IMG/VR virus record: IMGVR_UViG_2784746785_000001
Span: 11,017 to 75,016 of that record
Source: a virus
Taxonomy: Duplodnaviria; Caudoviricetes
Strand: one strand, 5' to 3'
Length of the DNA stretch: 64,000 bases
Below the pieces are notes generated by a model. That model saw only the letters and a program-made list of their open reading frames with translations, searched no databases and had not been told where the DNA came from. Position numbers and translations under genes: made by a program. The stretch's first letter is position 1, and every line of letters starts with the position of its first letter. Shown here piece after piece: positions 10,614 to 18,537 of the stretch.

Positions 10614-11081
10614 TTACAGCTCGAATTCGATGCCGTTCTTGCGTTCCGGCTCCTTGCTGCCGAAGCGGTGGTTGTCCACTCTGGTGACGGTCTTGAGTCC
10701 GTTCATCCGGCAGCCGAATGCCGTCAGTCCATAGATGCCGTCCATCAGGCCGGTGCTCTGGTCGGTCACCACAATCGCGGTGATTCCGGCTTCCCGGAGC
10801 GTCCTGACGAAATCCTCAAGCTCGTAGTCCCAGGGCAGGTCGTCGGCCTCGAAGGCGTCCGCGCCGTTCCTGAGGCTCCGGTCGTAAAGGACCAGCGCCT
10901 TGTTCTGACCGGCGGTGAAGGGGTACGGAAATTCCTCTTTCTCGCGCCTGTCAAAGGCTTTCACGCTGTCCCAGTCGTCCGCGGCGATCATCGTGTCGCG
11001 TTCCTTTTCACGGATGGCCTGCGCCTCGTTGTAGGCGATCGCTGTGTCTCTCATCTGTTCGAAGTATGTGTTCTTTTCCAT
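10614..11081 (-). CDS. Conserved phage hypothetical protein
   Basis: 155-aa ORF with RBS AGGAGG, downstream of repeated promoter copy 2. Confidence 0.75.
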   Translation of the reverse strand: MEKNTYFEQMRDTAIAYNEAQAIREKERDTMIAADDWDSVKAFDRREKEEFPYPFTAGQNKALVLYDRSLRNGADAFEADDLPWDYELEDFVRTLREAGITAIVVTDQSTGLMDGIYGLTAFGCRMNGLKTVTRVDNHRFGSKEPERKNGIEFEL

Positions 11082-11113
11082 CGTGTTTTCCTCCTGATTT
11101 TCGCTTGTTTTCT

Positions 11114-11164
11114 GTGCCTTTCGGCATGTATATACATCACTCTTTCGAGGGGATATAGCAAGTC
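11114..11164 (-). promoter_or_regulatory. Repeated promoter/operator element, copy 2
   Basis: Same consensus; contains the perfect palindrome ATGTATATACAT and a GCC-GAAA-GGC hairpin. Confidence 0.7.
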
Positions 11165-11204
11165 AATTCGGCCAGATAAATTGATAACTTTCTGTGCCTG
11201 AAAA

Positions 11205-11390
11205 TCAGGATTCCTGCGTTTCGCCGGTCATGATGAAATGCACGTATTCTTTGCGATGCTCTTCGATGAAGATCACCAGCTCGTAGTAGTTCCGGTCGAA
11301 GGCGAGGCGCTGCACGTAGGGCAGGTCGAACATGTTCGCCAGCCCGGTGTCGCGGATCGCGAGGATCTGCTCTTTGACCTTCTCATCCAT
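11205..11390 (-). CDS. DUF5049-like protein
   Basis: KVKEQILAIRDTGLANMFD...YVHFIMTG. Confidence 0.75.
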   Translation of the reverse strand: MDEKVKEQILAIRDTGLANMFDLPYVQRLAFDRNYYELVIFIEEHRKEYVHFIMTGETQES

Positions 11391-11391
11391 G

Positions 11392-11616
11392 TCAGTCCAC
11401 CACCTTCCGCACGATGTCTTCGCCGTAGATCACGTTGAGTCCGCTGCCGTTGTCCCAGTGGACCAGCAGGCTGCCGGTGTCGTCGATGCCGTAGACGGTT
11501 CCGCGGGTTCCGGCAGGCGGTGCCTGAATGTCGTCCATTTGGACGAGCTCCACGCGCGTGCCATTCGGGTAGGTTTCCTTGAGCCTCTTGAGCTGTTCCG
11601 GTCTGATTATCCTCAT
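11392..11616 (-). CDS. DUF4314-like protein
   Basis: YPNGTRVELVQMDD..APP.GT.GTV..IDDTGSLLVHWDNGSGLNVIYGED. Confidence 0.8.
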   Translation of the reverse strand: MRIIRPEQLKRLKETYPNGTRVELVQMDDIQAPPAGTRGTVYGIDDTGSLLVHWDNGSGLNVIYGEDIVRKVVD

Positions 11617-12377
11617 GCCTGCACCTCCTCGGTATCCGTAGCTTCCGCAGCAGGTTCTTCGGTGGCTTCTTTCTTGGGAGCGCCGTTCTTCCAGCTTGAG
11701 TTGCCCTCAAGGTTCTGGAGCAGGATCTTGCGTTCCTGTTTGTATTCGCTGCCGATGAATCCAAGGCGGAGCAGGAAGCAGCGGAATGCGTATTTCTCGT
11801 TGGTGACCGGCGTTTCGGTCGAGCTCGCGCGTTTCAGTTCCTTGGAAAGCTTGCAGAGCTGGGCGATGAACATCGTGTACGCTCTGGTTTCCTCCGGCGT
11901 GGGCAGTTCCTTGAACCAGGGGAAGGCGATCTTGTCGTCCCTAATCTCGAACCGAAGGTCGTCGATGCCGAGCGCCTTCTTGATGAGCGTTCCCTTGGCT
12001 TCGAGGATGTTGGTCAATGTTCCGACCGCAACCTTGTCGAGCGGAAGCTCAACCGTCAGGCCCGCTTCGTTGCCCTGTGGCGCGTCCTGTTCGCTTGTTT
12101 CCGGCTCTTCGGATACTTCTCCGGCTTCGGCTTCAGCCGTTTCCTGCAGCTCGGGCTCGAATCCCGCGGCAGCGATGGCTTCGAGAACCTTCTCGACCTC
12201 CTCGGAATCCGCCATGTCGTCGAACTCGAGCGTGCCGTCCTTGGTGACGGTGAAATAGTCGATCTCGTAGTTGCAGGTCGGCATGAATTTGTATTCTGCC
12301 TTGGCTCCGGTGGTGTCGGAGATGACCTTGACCAGTTCTTTCCTCTGTGCTCCTGTTACGTTGTAGTTGATTCGCAT
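11613..12377 (-). CDS. Phage 'virulence-related'/hypothetical protein
   Basis: MRINYNVTGAQRKELV...FPWF...NEKYAFRCFLLRLGFIGSEYK..RKILLQNLEGNSSWK. Confidence 0.75.
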   Translation of the reverse strand: MRINYNVTGAQRKELVKVISDTTGAKAEYKFMPTCNYEIDYFTVTKDGTLEFDDMADSEEVEKVLEAIAAAGFEPELQETAEAEAGEVSEEPETSEQDAPQGNEAGLTVELPLDKVAVGTLTNILEAKGTLIKKALGIDDLRFEIRDDKIAFPWFKELPTPEETRAYTMFIAQLCKLSKELKRASSTETPVTNEKYAFRCFLLRLGFIGSEYKQERKILLQNLEGNSSWKNGAPKKEATEEPAAEATDTEEVQA

Positions 12378-12416
12378 TGTGTTTACCTCCTTGGTATGCG
12401 TCTGTCCGGAAGGCCC

Positions 12417-12468
12417 TGTGCCTTTCGGCATGTCTATACATCACTCTGAAGGCCTGTAATAGCAAGCG
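12417..12468 (-). promoter_or_regulatory. Repeated promoter/operator element, copy 3
   Basis: Same consensus; ATGTCTATACAT near-palindrome. Confidence 0.7.
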
Positions 12469-12541
12469 AATCTGCGATATTTTTCTGGTAGAAAATCTTC
12501 TGATTATCCGGCTCTGAAACTGTGCTTAGTACACAAAGGGA

Positions 12542-13801
12542 TCACTCGCCGTCCGGCAGCTCGACCTCCTTCACAAGGTCGGAGTACATGAGTTTCTTGC
12601 CGTCGCGGACGACATGCACGTTCCCGGAATCGCCGGTGTCCTCGACGTAGCGTCGGAGGATGACGGAGGCGTATTTCGGATCAAGCTCGCACATATAGCA
12701 GGTGCGGTTGAGCTGCTCGCAGGCCATGAGCGTGGAACCGGAGCCGCCGAAAGTGTCGATGACGATGGCGTTCTCCTGCGTGGAGTTCTGGATCGGATAG
12801 CCGAGCAGGTCGAGAGGCTTGCTGGTCGGATGATCCTTGTTGCGCTTGGGTTTGTCGAAGTTCCATATGGTGGTTTCCGCGCGTCCTGCGTACCACGGAT
12901 GCTTGCCGTTCTGGAGGAATCCATAGAGCACGGGCTCATGCTGCCACTGGTAATCGGAGCGACCGAGTACGAGGCTGTTCTTCACCCAGATGCACACGCC
13001 TGCGAGATGGAATCCAGCGTCGACGAAAGCACGCCGGAAGGTCAGGCCCTCGGTGTCCGCATGGAAGCAGTATGCCGCGCCGCCTTTCTCCAGATGGTCG
13101 GCCATGTTCTTGAATGCGGAGAGCAGGAAGTTGTAGAATTCCTCGCCCTTGAGGCTGTCGTTCTGGATCGTCAGGCCATCGGATGCCTTGAAGGAAACGC
13201 CGTACGGCGGGTCCGTGAGTACGAGGTTCGCTCGCTTGCCGTCCATGAGTGTATCTACATCTTCAGCGCTGGTGGCGTCGCCACACATCAGCCTGTGCCG
13301 TCCGACCGCCCAGATGTCGTCGCGCTCCACGAAGGAGGCCTTCTCAAGTGCAGCGGACAGGTCGAAGTCGTCATCCTCGATGTCCTTGTCGGATTCTCCT
13401 TTCAGCAGCTTCTCAAGTTCCTTGTCGTCGAATCCGAGCAGGGAGAGGTCGAAGGCGTTCTCCTGCAAATCGGAGAGTTCGACGGAAAGCATCTCCTCAT
13501 CCCAACCGGCGTTCAGCGCGAGCTGATTGTCGGCGAGGATGTAGGCGCGTTTCTGCGCGTCGGTCAGATCCTCGGCGAATACGCAAGGGACGGTCTTGTA
13601 CCCTTCCTCTCGTGCAGCAGCAATCCGTCCGTGGCCGACGAGGATGTTGTAATCCTGATCGATGACCGCAGGGCTTACGAATCCGAACTCCCGGAGGGAG
13701 GAGCGGAGCTGCGCGATCTGTTCTTTACTATGTGTCCGGGCGTTCCGGGCATATGGCACCAGATTGTCAATCGGTACCTGTTCAAGTCTTTGTGTGTTCA
13801 T
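12542..13801 (-). CDS. ParB-like N-terminus fused to an N4/N6 DNA methyltransferase
   Basis: LVPYARNARTH and ILVGHGR (ParB); TDPPY and DTFGGSGST (MTase motifs IV and I). Confidence 0.92.
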   Translation of the reverse strand: MNTQRLEQVPIDNLVPYARNARTHSKEQIAQLRSSLREFGFVSPAVIDQDYNILVGHGRIAAAREEGYKTVPCVFAEDLTDAQKRAYILADNQLALNAGWDEEMLSVELSDLQENAFDLSLLGFDDKELEKLLKGESDKDIEDDDFDLSAALEKASFVERDDIWAVGRHRLMCGDATSAEDVDTLMDGKRANLVLTDPPYGVSFKASDGLTIQNDSLKGEEFYNFLLSAFKNMADHLEKGGAAYCFHADTEGLTFRRAFVDAGFHLAGVCIWVKNSLVLGRSDYQWQHEPVLYGFLQNGKHPWYAGRAETTIWNFDKPKRNKDHPTSKPLDLLGYPIQNSTQENAIVIDTFGGSGSTLMACEQLNRTCYMCELDPKYASVILRRYVEDTGDSGNVHVVRDGKKLMYSDLVKEVELPDGE

Positions 13802-14353
13802 TTACATTCCCTTTCTGGCACGAAGCAGTCTCTCCATCACGTCGTCCTGCGGATTCGCGCCGCCATACTCGGTGGAGCAGTTCTCCTTCACGATCTGGAA
13901 GATCTCGTCCCACAGGCGGTTCGCCTGATTCATGTAGTTGATGCCGATATTGATGAACGGCGACGGGATCGGCTTTCCGGTCGTCGGATGCTTGCTCAAA
14001 TATCCGAGCTTGGTCGTCATTTCCTCGCACTGAATCCATCTCGCGGAGCACATCGCATACCGTTCCAGCAGCTGCGGTGATACGGCTTTTGCGACGCCGA
14101 GCTTGTCGAGCCATTCCCAAGTCTCGCGGTAGATGTCGGCGGCCTCCAGAGTGGAGCCGTCATGCTGCCGAGCCGAGAGGAACTCGTGCGGTTCCGGCAT
14201 GTCCTCGCCCTCGGTGTCTGGGATGTCGAGCACTTCGAGCTTTCGTCCGCCCGGATTCCCGTTTTCGTATTTCTCCTTGACGGCGGTTTTCTTCCGGCCA
14301 GCGCCGGGACGTCTGCCGCCGCGACCGCCAGTGTTATTCGATTTTGTAGGCAT
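13802..14353 (-). CDS. terS: Terminase small subunit (P27 family)
   Basis: GGRRPGAGRKK, LERYAMCSARWIQCE, PIPSPF. Confidence 0.82.
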   Translation of the reverse strand: MPTKSNNTGGRGGRRPGAGRKKTAVKEKYENGNPGGRKLEVLDIPDTEGEDMPEPHEFLSARQHDGSTLEAADIYRETWEWLDKLGVAKAVSPQLLERYAMCSARWIQCEEMTTKLGYLSKHPTTGKPIPSPFINIGINYMNQANRLWDEIFQIVKENCSTEYGGANPQDDVMERLLRARKGM

Positions 14354-14399
14354 TTCGTCACCGCCTTTCTCGCATGTACGCGCGTAATAGATAAGGAGC

Positions 14400-14495
14400 C
14401 GGGTTATTACCCGTTTGATTTCGCTTTTTTCGTACAGAAAGCCCCGCGCCGTTTTCCGGGAGGCCGCCTCGCAGAGATTTCGACCGCCCCTACCG
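14400..14495 (-). other. Putative cos/packaging-initiation region
   Basis: GC-rich non-coding stretch (GGGGCGGTCGAAATCTCT...AACGGCGCGGGG) between HNH and terS, the usual cos position in HNH-terS phages. Cut site not identified. Confidence 0.35.
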
Positions 14496-14843
14496 GTCGC
14501 CGCGTTCCCTGTGGATCTTCTCGTGGCACGACCTGCAGAGGCTCATGAGGTTGCTCTCGTCGTTCGTCCCGCCTTCCGACAGCGGAACGATGTGGTGGAC
14601 TTCCTCGACCGCAACGTATCGTCCCCGCTTAAGGCACATCTCGCACAAGGGATGCTTGTGAACGTAACGGTCGCGGATGCGTTTCCAATGCCTGCCGTAA
14701 CGCTTGCCGGTGGAGTAGCCGCGCGTGAACGTCTCGTAGTGCTTCTCCATCAAGGCTTTGTGCTCCGGGCAGTACTGTTCGCCGTCGTCGCAGAGGTTCG
14801 GGCATCCGGGATAGCGGCAGGGCCGATTTGGTTTCATTGGCAT
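14490..14843 (-). CDS. Terminase-associated HNH endonuclease
   Basis: PCRYPGC, HPLCEMC, EEVHHIVPLSEGG, NLMSLCRSCH. Confidence 0.92.
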   Translation of the reverse strand: MPMKPNRPCRYPGCPNLCDDGEQYCPEHKALMEKHYETFTRGYSTGKRYGRHWKRIRDRYVHKHPLCEMCLKRGRYVAVEEVHHIVPLSEGGTNDESNLMSLCRSCHEKIHRERGDR

Positions 14844-14870
14844 AGGCGCTGCCTCCTTTCCGGGCATGAG

Positions 14871-14908
14871 AAAAGCCCCGGCAGGAGATTGCTCCCGTCG
14901 AGGCTTCT
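14871..14908 (-). terminator. Putative terminator in the late leader
   Basis: Minus strand AAGCCTCGACGGGAG...CTCCTGCCGGGGCTT followed by TTCT. Confidence 0.5.
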
Positions 14909-14929
14909 GGTTCTTCTTATGGTTTTCGC

Positions 14930-14993
14930 TATTGTAAGGATAACACAGAAGGCGTCTGCCATTCTGTGCCAAAGTGTGCCAAACCGTGCCAAC
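14930..14993 (-). promoter_or_regulatory. Putative late promoter with 10-bp-phased activator repeats
   Basis: GTGCCAA at 14966, 14976 and 14986 (partial at 14957), followed on the minus strand by TGTGTTATCCT (extended -10-like). Confidence 0.6.
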
Positions 14994-14997
14994 TTTT

Positions 14998-15411
14998 CTA
15001 ATCCGGCATTGTGAAGTTCTGAAGTGCCGATCCGTGGATGCGGTGTACGGTGCGGAGGCTGACGTTCAGCATGCTGGCGATCTCCTCCCATGTGCAGTTG
15101 TCGATGTACCGGTAGCGGAGAACCAGCTGCTCCTCGGGATCAGCCAGCAGGTCGATACGCGCGTTGATCTCGTCCCGCAGCGTAATGAGCTGCGCCACCT
15201 TCTTCTCCACGTCGGCCTGTATCTCGTCGATCTTGTGGAGGCAGGTGACGAAGTGCGCGTCGCTTGGCGTGTTCGGGTTCCTCGGCATGCCGTCGTAGCG
15301 CATGCCGCTGACGCTGGTGGACATTTCCCTCCAGTAGTCGATCTCCCGGAGCCGCGAGTGGATCAGCGCATCCAGGTGCTTGGCCTGATTCAGATATTGC
15401 TTCGGAGTCAT
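14998..15411 (-). CDS. RinA/ArpU-like late transcription activator (DUF1492)
   Basis: MTPKQYLNQA...VLRYRYIDNCTWEEIASMLNVSLRTVHRIHGSAL (C-terminal HTH). Confidence 0.82.
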   Translation of the reverse strand: MTPKQYLNQAKHLDALIHSRLREIDYWREMSTSVSGMRYDGMPRNPNTPSDAHFVTCLHKIDEIQADVEKKVAQLITLRDEINARIDLLADPEEQLVLRYRYIDNCTWEEIASMLNVSLRTVHRIHGSALQNFTMPD

Positions 15412-15629
15412 CTCATCACCTCCTCGTTGAGCTTTCTTATCAGCATCTCGCCGTCAACCGTCGTCAGCGCCTGATACCACTGAGAGCGGAAGAACCGTTC
15501 GATTGATTCCTTCTCCGTTTGAGCGGCCTTGTTCCGCGGGTTCATGCGCAGGGCCTTCAGTGCTGTCCGGTAGTCGCGGACAGCCTGCAGGATGACGGCG
15601 TTGGCGAGATTCTCGTAGGGGTCGTTCAT
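15408..15629 (-). CDS. Hypothetical phage protein
   Basis: MNDPYENLANAVILQAVRDYR...; overlaps both neighbours by ATGA-type coupling. Confidence 0.75.
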   Translation of the reverse strand: MNDPYENLANAVILQAVRDYRTALKALRMNPRNKAAQTEKESIERFFRSQWYQALTTVDGEMLIRKLNEEVMR

Positions 15630-16978
15630 CGCATCACCGCCTTCACCGCAGCGATAAGCGCTGACTGCGTCTTGTCCTTGCGTTTCAAGGCGTTGAGGAT
15701 CTGCCCGTCGATGGTGCTCGCAGTGACGATGTGCTGGATGACGACGGTCCGGCTTTTCTGGCCTTGCCGCCAGAGCCTTGCGTTCGTCTGCTGGTAGAGC
15801 TCCAATGACCACGTGAGGCCGAACCAGACAAGCGTCGATCCGCCGGACTGCAGGTTGAGCCCGTGACCGGCGGAGGCCGGGTGGATGACTGCTACAGGAA
15901 TATTGCCCGCATTCCAGTCATCGATGTCCTGCGACGACTTGATCTCCCGGACGTCGAACCATCTGCGGATTCTCTCCAGATCGTGCCGGAACCAGTAGGC
16001 GACAAGCAGCGGCTTCCCGTTCGCGGCCTCGATGATGTCCTCCAAGGCGTCGAGCTTCCGGTCATGGAATTCGATGATCTTCCCGTCGTCGGAGTAGATC
16101 GCGCCGTTTGCAAGCTGAGAGAGCTTCCCGGTAAGCGTTGCCGCGTTCGCTGCGGTGATCTCGTCGCCGTGAAGTTCCAGCACCAGATCGTTCTTCAGCT
16201 CCTCGTACCGTTTGCGCTCCTCGGCGGACAGCTGCACCTCGTACTGCGTGGAGATGAGCTCCGGCATCTTCAGATGATCGGTCGACTTCATGGAAATCGT
16301 GATATCCGAGATTTTCCGGTAGATCGCGTCCTCTGCATACGGCAGCGGCTTGTAGGAGTAGATGATCTCGCCGTTGCGCTTGTCGGGCATGAAGTAGGCC
16401 GTCCGGTACTGGGTGATGAAGCGTCCGAGGCGCTGTCCCTGATCGAGGGCCTTGAACTCCGCCCACAGATCCATGAGACCGTTGCTCGATGGCGTTCCGG
16501 TGAGTCCGATGATCCGCTTCACCTTCGGCCTGACCTTCATCAGGGCGCGGAACCGCTTTGACTTGTGGTTCTTGAAGGAGGAGAGCTCGTCCAATACCAC
16601 CATGTCGTAGGTGAAGGGAATGCCGGAGTCGTCGATCAGCCATCCGAGGTTCTCCCGGTTGATGATCGTGACATCCGCGCCCTGCAGGAGAGCCGCTTTC
16701 CGTTCGCGTGAGTTTCCGACTGCGACGGCGTAGGTGAGGCCGGAAAGGTGCTCCCATTTCCGTATCTCCGCGGGCCATGTGTCACGGGCGACTCTGAGAG
16801 GCGCGACCACGAGAATCCGGTGAACCTCGAAGCTGTCGAACAGGAGGTCAACGGCGGCGGTCAGCGTGATGATTGTTTTTCCAAGTCCGCAATCAAGGAA
16901 GATGGCGGCTGTTTCGTGCGTCTCGATATACGAGACGCAGTATTGCTGGTAGTAATGAAGGTCACTCAGTTTCGGCAT
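15626..16978 (-). CDS. SNF2-family helicase
   Basis: DCGLGKT, VVLDELSSFK, GLTGTP, HPASAGHGLNLQ, ARLWRQGQ. Confidence 0.93.
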   Translation of the reverse strand: MPKLSDLHYYQQYCVSYIETHETAAIFLDCGLGKTIITLTAAVDLLFDSFEVHRILVVAPLRVARDTWPAEIRKWEHLSGLTYAVAVGNSRERKAALLQGADVTIINRENLGWLIDDSGIPFTYDMVVLDELSSFKNHKSKRFRALMKVRPKVKRIIGLTGTPSSNGLMDLWAEFKALDQGQRLGRFITQYRTAYFMPDKRNGEIIYSYKPLPYAEDAIYRKISDITISMKSTDHLKMPELISTQYEVQLSAEERKRYEELKNDLVLELHGDEITAANAATLTGKLSQLANGAIYSDDGKIIEFHDRKLDALEDIIEAANGKPLLVAYWFRHDLERIRRWFDVREIKSSQDIDDWNAGNIPVAVIHPASAGHGLNLQSGGSTLVWFGLTWSLELYQQTNARLWRQGQKSRTVVIQHIVTASTIDGQILNALKRKDKTQSALIAAVKAVMR

Positions 16979-17474
16979 TTTCTTCGGCCTCCATTTCTTT
17001 TATCTGCTTGATGAACCATCTCAATTCGCTGTGGTGGTGAGCGTGTGCACTTTGCGACGGAAAAACGACCAGATTCTCGGGAGAATTGTTGTATCGGTTT
17101 CCGTCACGATGGTGTACGACTTCTCCGGGCATCAATGACCTTCCAAGCATCTGTTCAGCTACGACGCGATGTGCGGCGAGTCCATGGATTTTGGAATAAC
17201 CGTCGCATCTGCCTTTTCCGAGGCGGGATTCTCTGAGTTTCTCCTTGGTCTCAGGCGTCATACGATCCGGGTTGAGTTCCTCGTTTAGCTTTGTTATGTG
17301 CTGGCTTATGTTAGTGAAGTCCTTGAGGCTGGCATAGCCGTCTGGGTTCTTCGCTTTGCTGCTGAAATCCGCGAGGCATTGTCTGCTGCAGAAGTGGTGC
17401 TTCTTGCCTTTAAGCTGGGCTGAATCTCGGAAGAATTCACGTCCGCACCAATCACAGACTATTTTCAATTTCAT
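16962..17474 (-). CDS. Free-standing HNH (homing-type) endonuclease with N-terminal Zn finger
   Basis: CDWCG...FCSRQC; HRVVAEQMLGR...VVHHRDGNRYNNSPENL. Lower GC than its neighbours. Confidence 0.85.
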   Translation of the reverse strand: MKLKIVCDWCGREFFRDSAQLKGKKHHFCSRQCLADFSSKAKNPDGYASLKDFTNISQHITKLNEELNPDRMTPETKEKLRESRLGKGRCDGYSKIHGLAAHRVVAEQMLGRSLMPGEVVHHRDGNRYNNSPENLVVFPSQSAHAHHHSELRWFIKQIKEMEAEENAETE

Positions 17475-17739
17475 CTATCACACCTCCGATCTGTTCTGGA
17501 TTGTCGATGACATAGACGCGGAATCCGAGTTTCCGCAGGAGTCGGTGCCGTGCATATTGCAGTCTTCTTGGCTTCTTTCCGGGTGCCTTGAGCTCTGCGA
17601 AGGCGATGCGTGCGCCGGGCAGCAGGATGATCCGGTCCGGCATCCCGTCGAAGCCGGGTGAGACGAACTTCGGCGCGATGCCGCCGCGGCGCTTCACCTC
17701 GCTGGCGAGTTTCTGCTCGATCTGCTTTTCACTTCTCAT
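17452..17739 (-). CDS. VRR-NUC domain nuclease
   Basis: EKQIEQKL...KFVSPGFDGMPDRIILLP...FAELKAPG. Confidence 0.92.
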   Translation of the reverse strand: MRSEKQIEQKLASEVKRRGGIAPKFVSPGFDGMPDRIILLPGARIAFAELKAPGKKPRRLQYARHRLLRKLGFRVYVIDNPEQIGGVIDEIENSL

Positions 17740-18293
17740 GGTTTCGCCTCCGGAACCTGGTCGGCCAGGTTGAATGCGGCGTAGGCTGCGGAGAGGAAGT
17801 CGGTGATCGGCTTTCCCTTGTATGTCCAGACGCACTGGCCGTTGTATTTGACGCCGAGGCGCTCCGGGTTGTGGCGGCTGCGCCCGATGAGGATCTGCTC
17901 TCCGTGGTAGGTGAGACTCCAGCCGTTTGTCGTCCTTGTCCATTTGCGTCTGGGGAAGCTGCGTTTCCGCTTGGAGCGGTTCCGTATCAGGCGTTCGCGG
18001 TTCTTGGCGGCGAGGATGTCGCCTTCCATGACTCCGGCGCAGATGCAGCCGACGGATACATCCTCGAAGTAGTCCGGGTGCGTCATGACGTGAACGTAGC
18101 GGACCTTGGTGCAGCCGCACAGCTCGCATGCGTGGAGCGGTGCGTTCCAGTCGTCATCACGTACGTCGTAGATCTCCTTGCATGTCCATCCGGAGAACGG
18201 TGCTCCCCAGCTGCGTAGTGTCTTCTGGCAGCGGGCGAGATAGCTTTTGTCCTTTAGGCCGTCAATGCCTAAGACTTGTCCTGAATTGTTCAT
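17736..18293 (-). CDS. Hypothetical Cys-rich protein
   Basis: CELCG and VGCICAG; RBS GGAGG; coupled to VRR-NUC. Confidence 0.7.
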   Translation of the reverse strand: MNNSGQVLGIDGLKDKSYLARCQKTLRSWGAPFSGWTCKEIYDVRDDDWNAPLHACELCGCTKVRYVHVMTHPDYFEDVSVGCICAGVMEGDILAAKNRERLIRNRSKRKRSFPRRKWTRTTNGWSLTYHGEQILIGRSRHNPERLGVKYNGQCVWTYKGKPITDFLSAAYAAFNLADQVPEAKP

Positions 18294-18324
18294 GGTGTTA
18301 AAACCTCCGTGCTTTCAACGTTTT

Positions 18325-18536
18325 TGAGGCTTTGTCCCTTTTGTCGCTTTTGTCCCTCTATCCGTATTTCCATATGGTTTTGTAGAAGAATTGATAATAA
18401 ATAAATAAGTCTTTTTTGCTTTTTATAGGGGTTCGGACAAAAGGGACAAAACCCTGAAAGCCGCATGGATGCTGATGTTTTCGTGTCCCTGAACCTGTCC
18501 TGAAGGTCAGGACAGGCATAGGACGAAATGACAAAA
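18325..18536. other. Putative phage replication origin (iterons flanking an AT-rich core)
   Basis: TTTTGTCCC-type repeats at 18331-18356 face GGGACAAAA repeats at 18435-18451 across an AT-rich spacer, with further copies up to 18536. Directly downstream of the primase gene. Confidence 0.6.
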
Positions 18537-18537
18537 C

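Noticed and set aside
18441-18455. Origin iteron AGGGACAAAACCCT resembling the MerR operator AGGGACAAAGTCCCT
   Set aside because: The dyad is not preserved and the match is short; likely coincidence.
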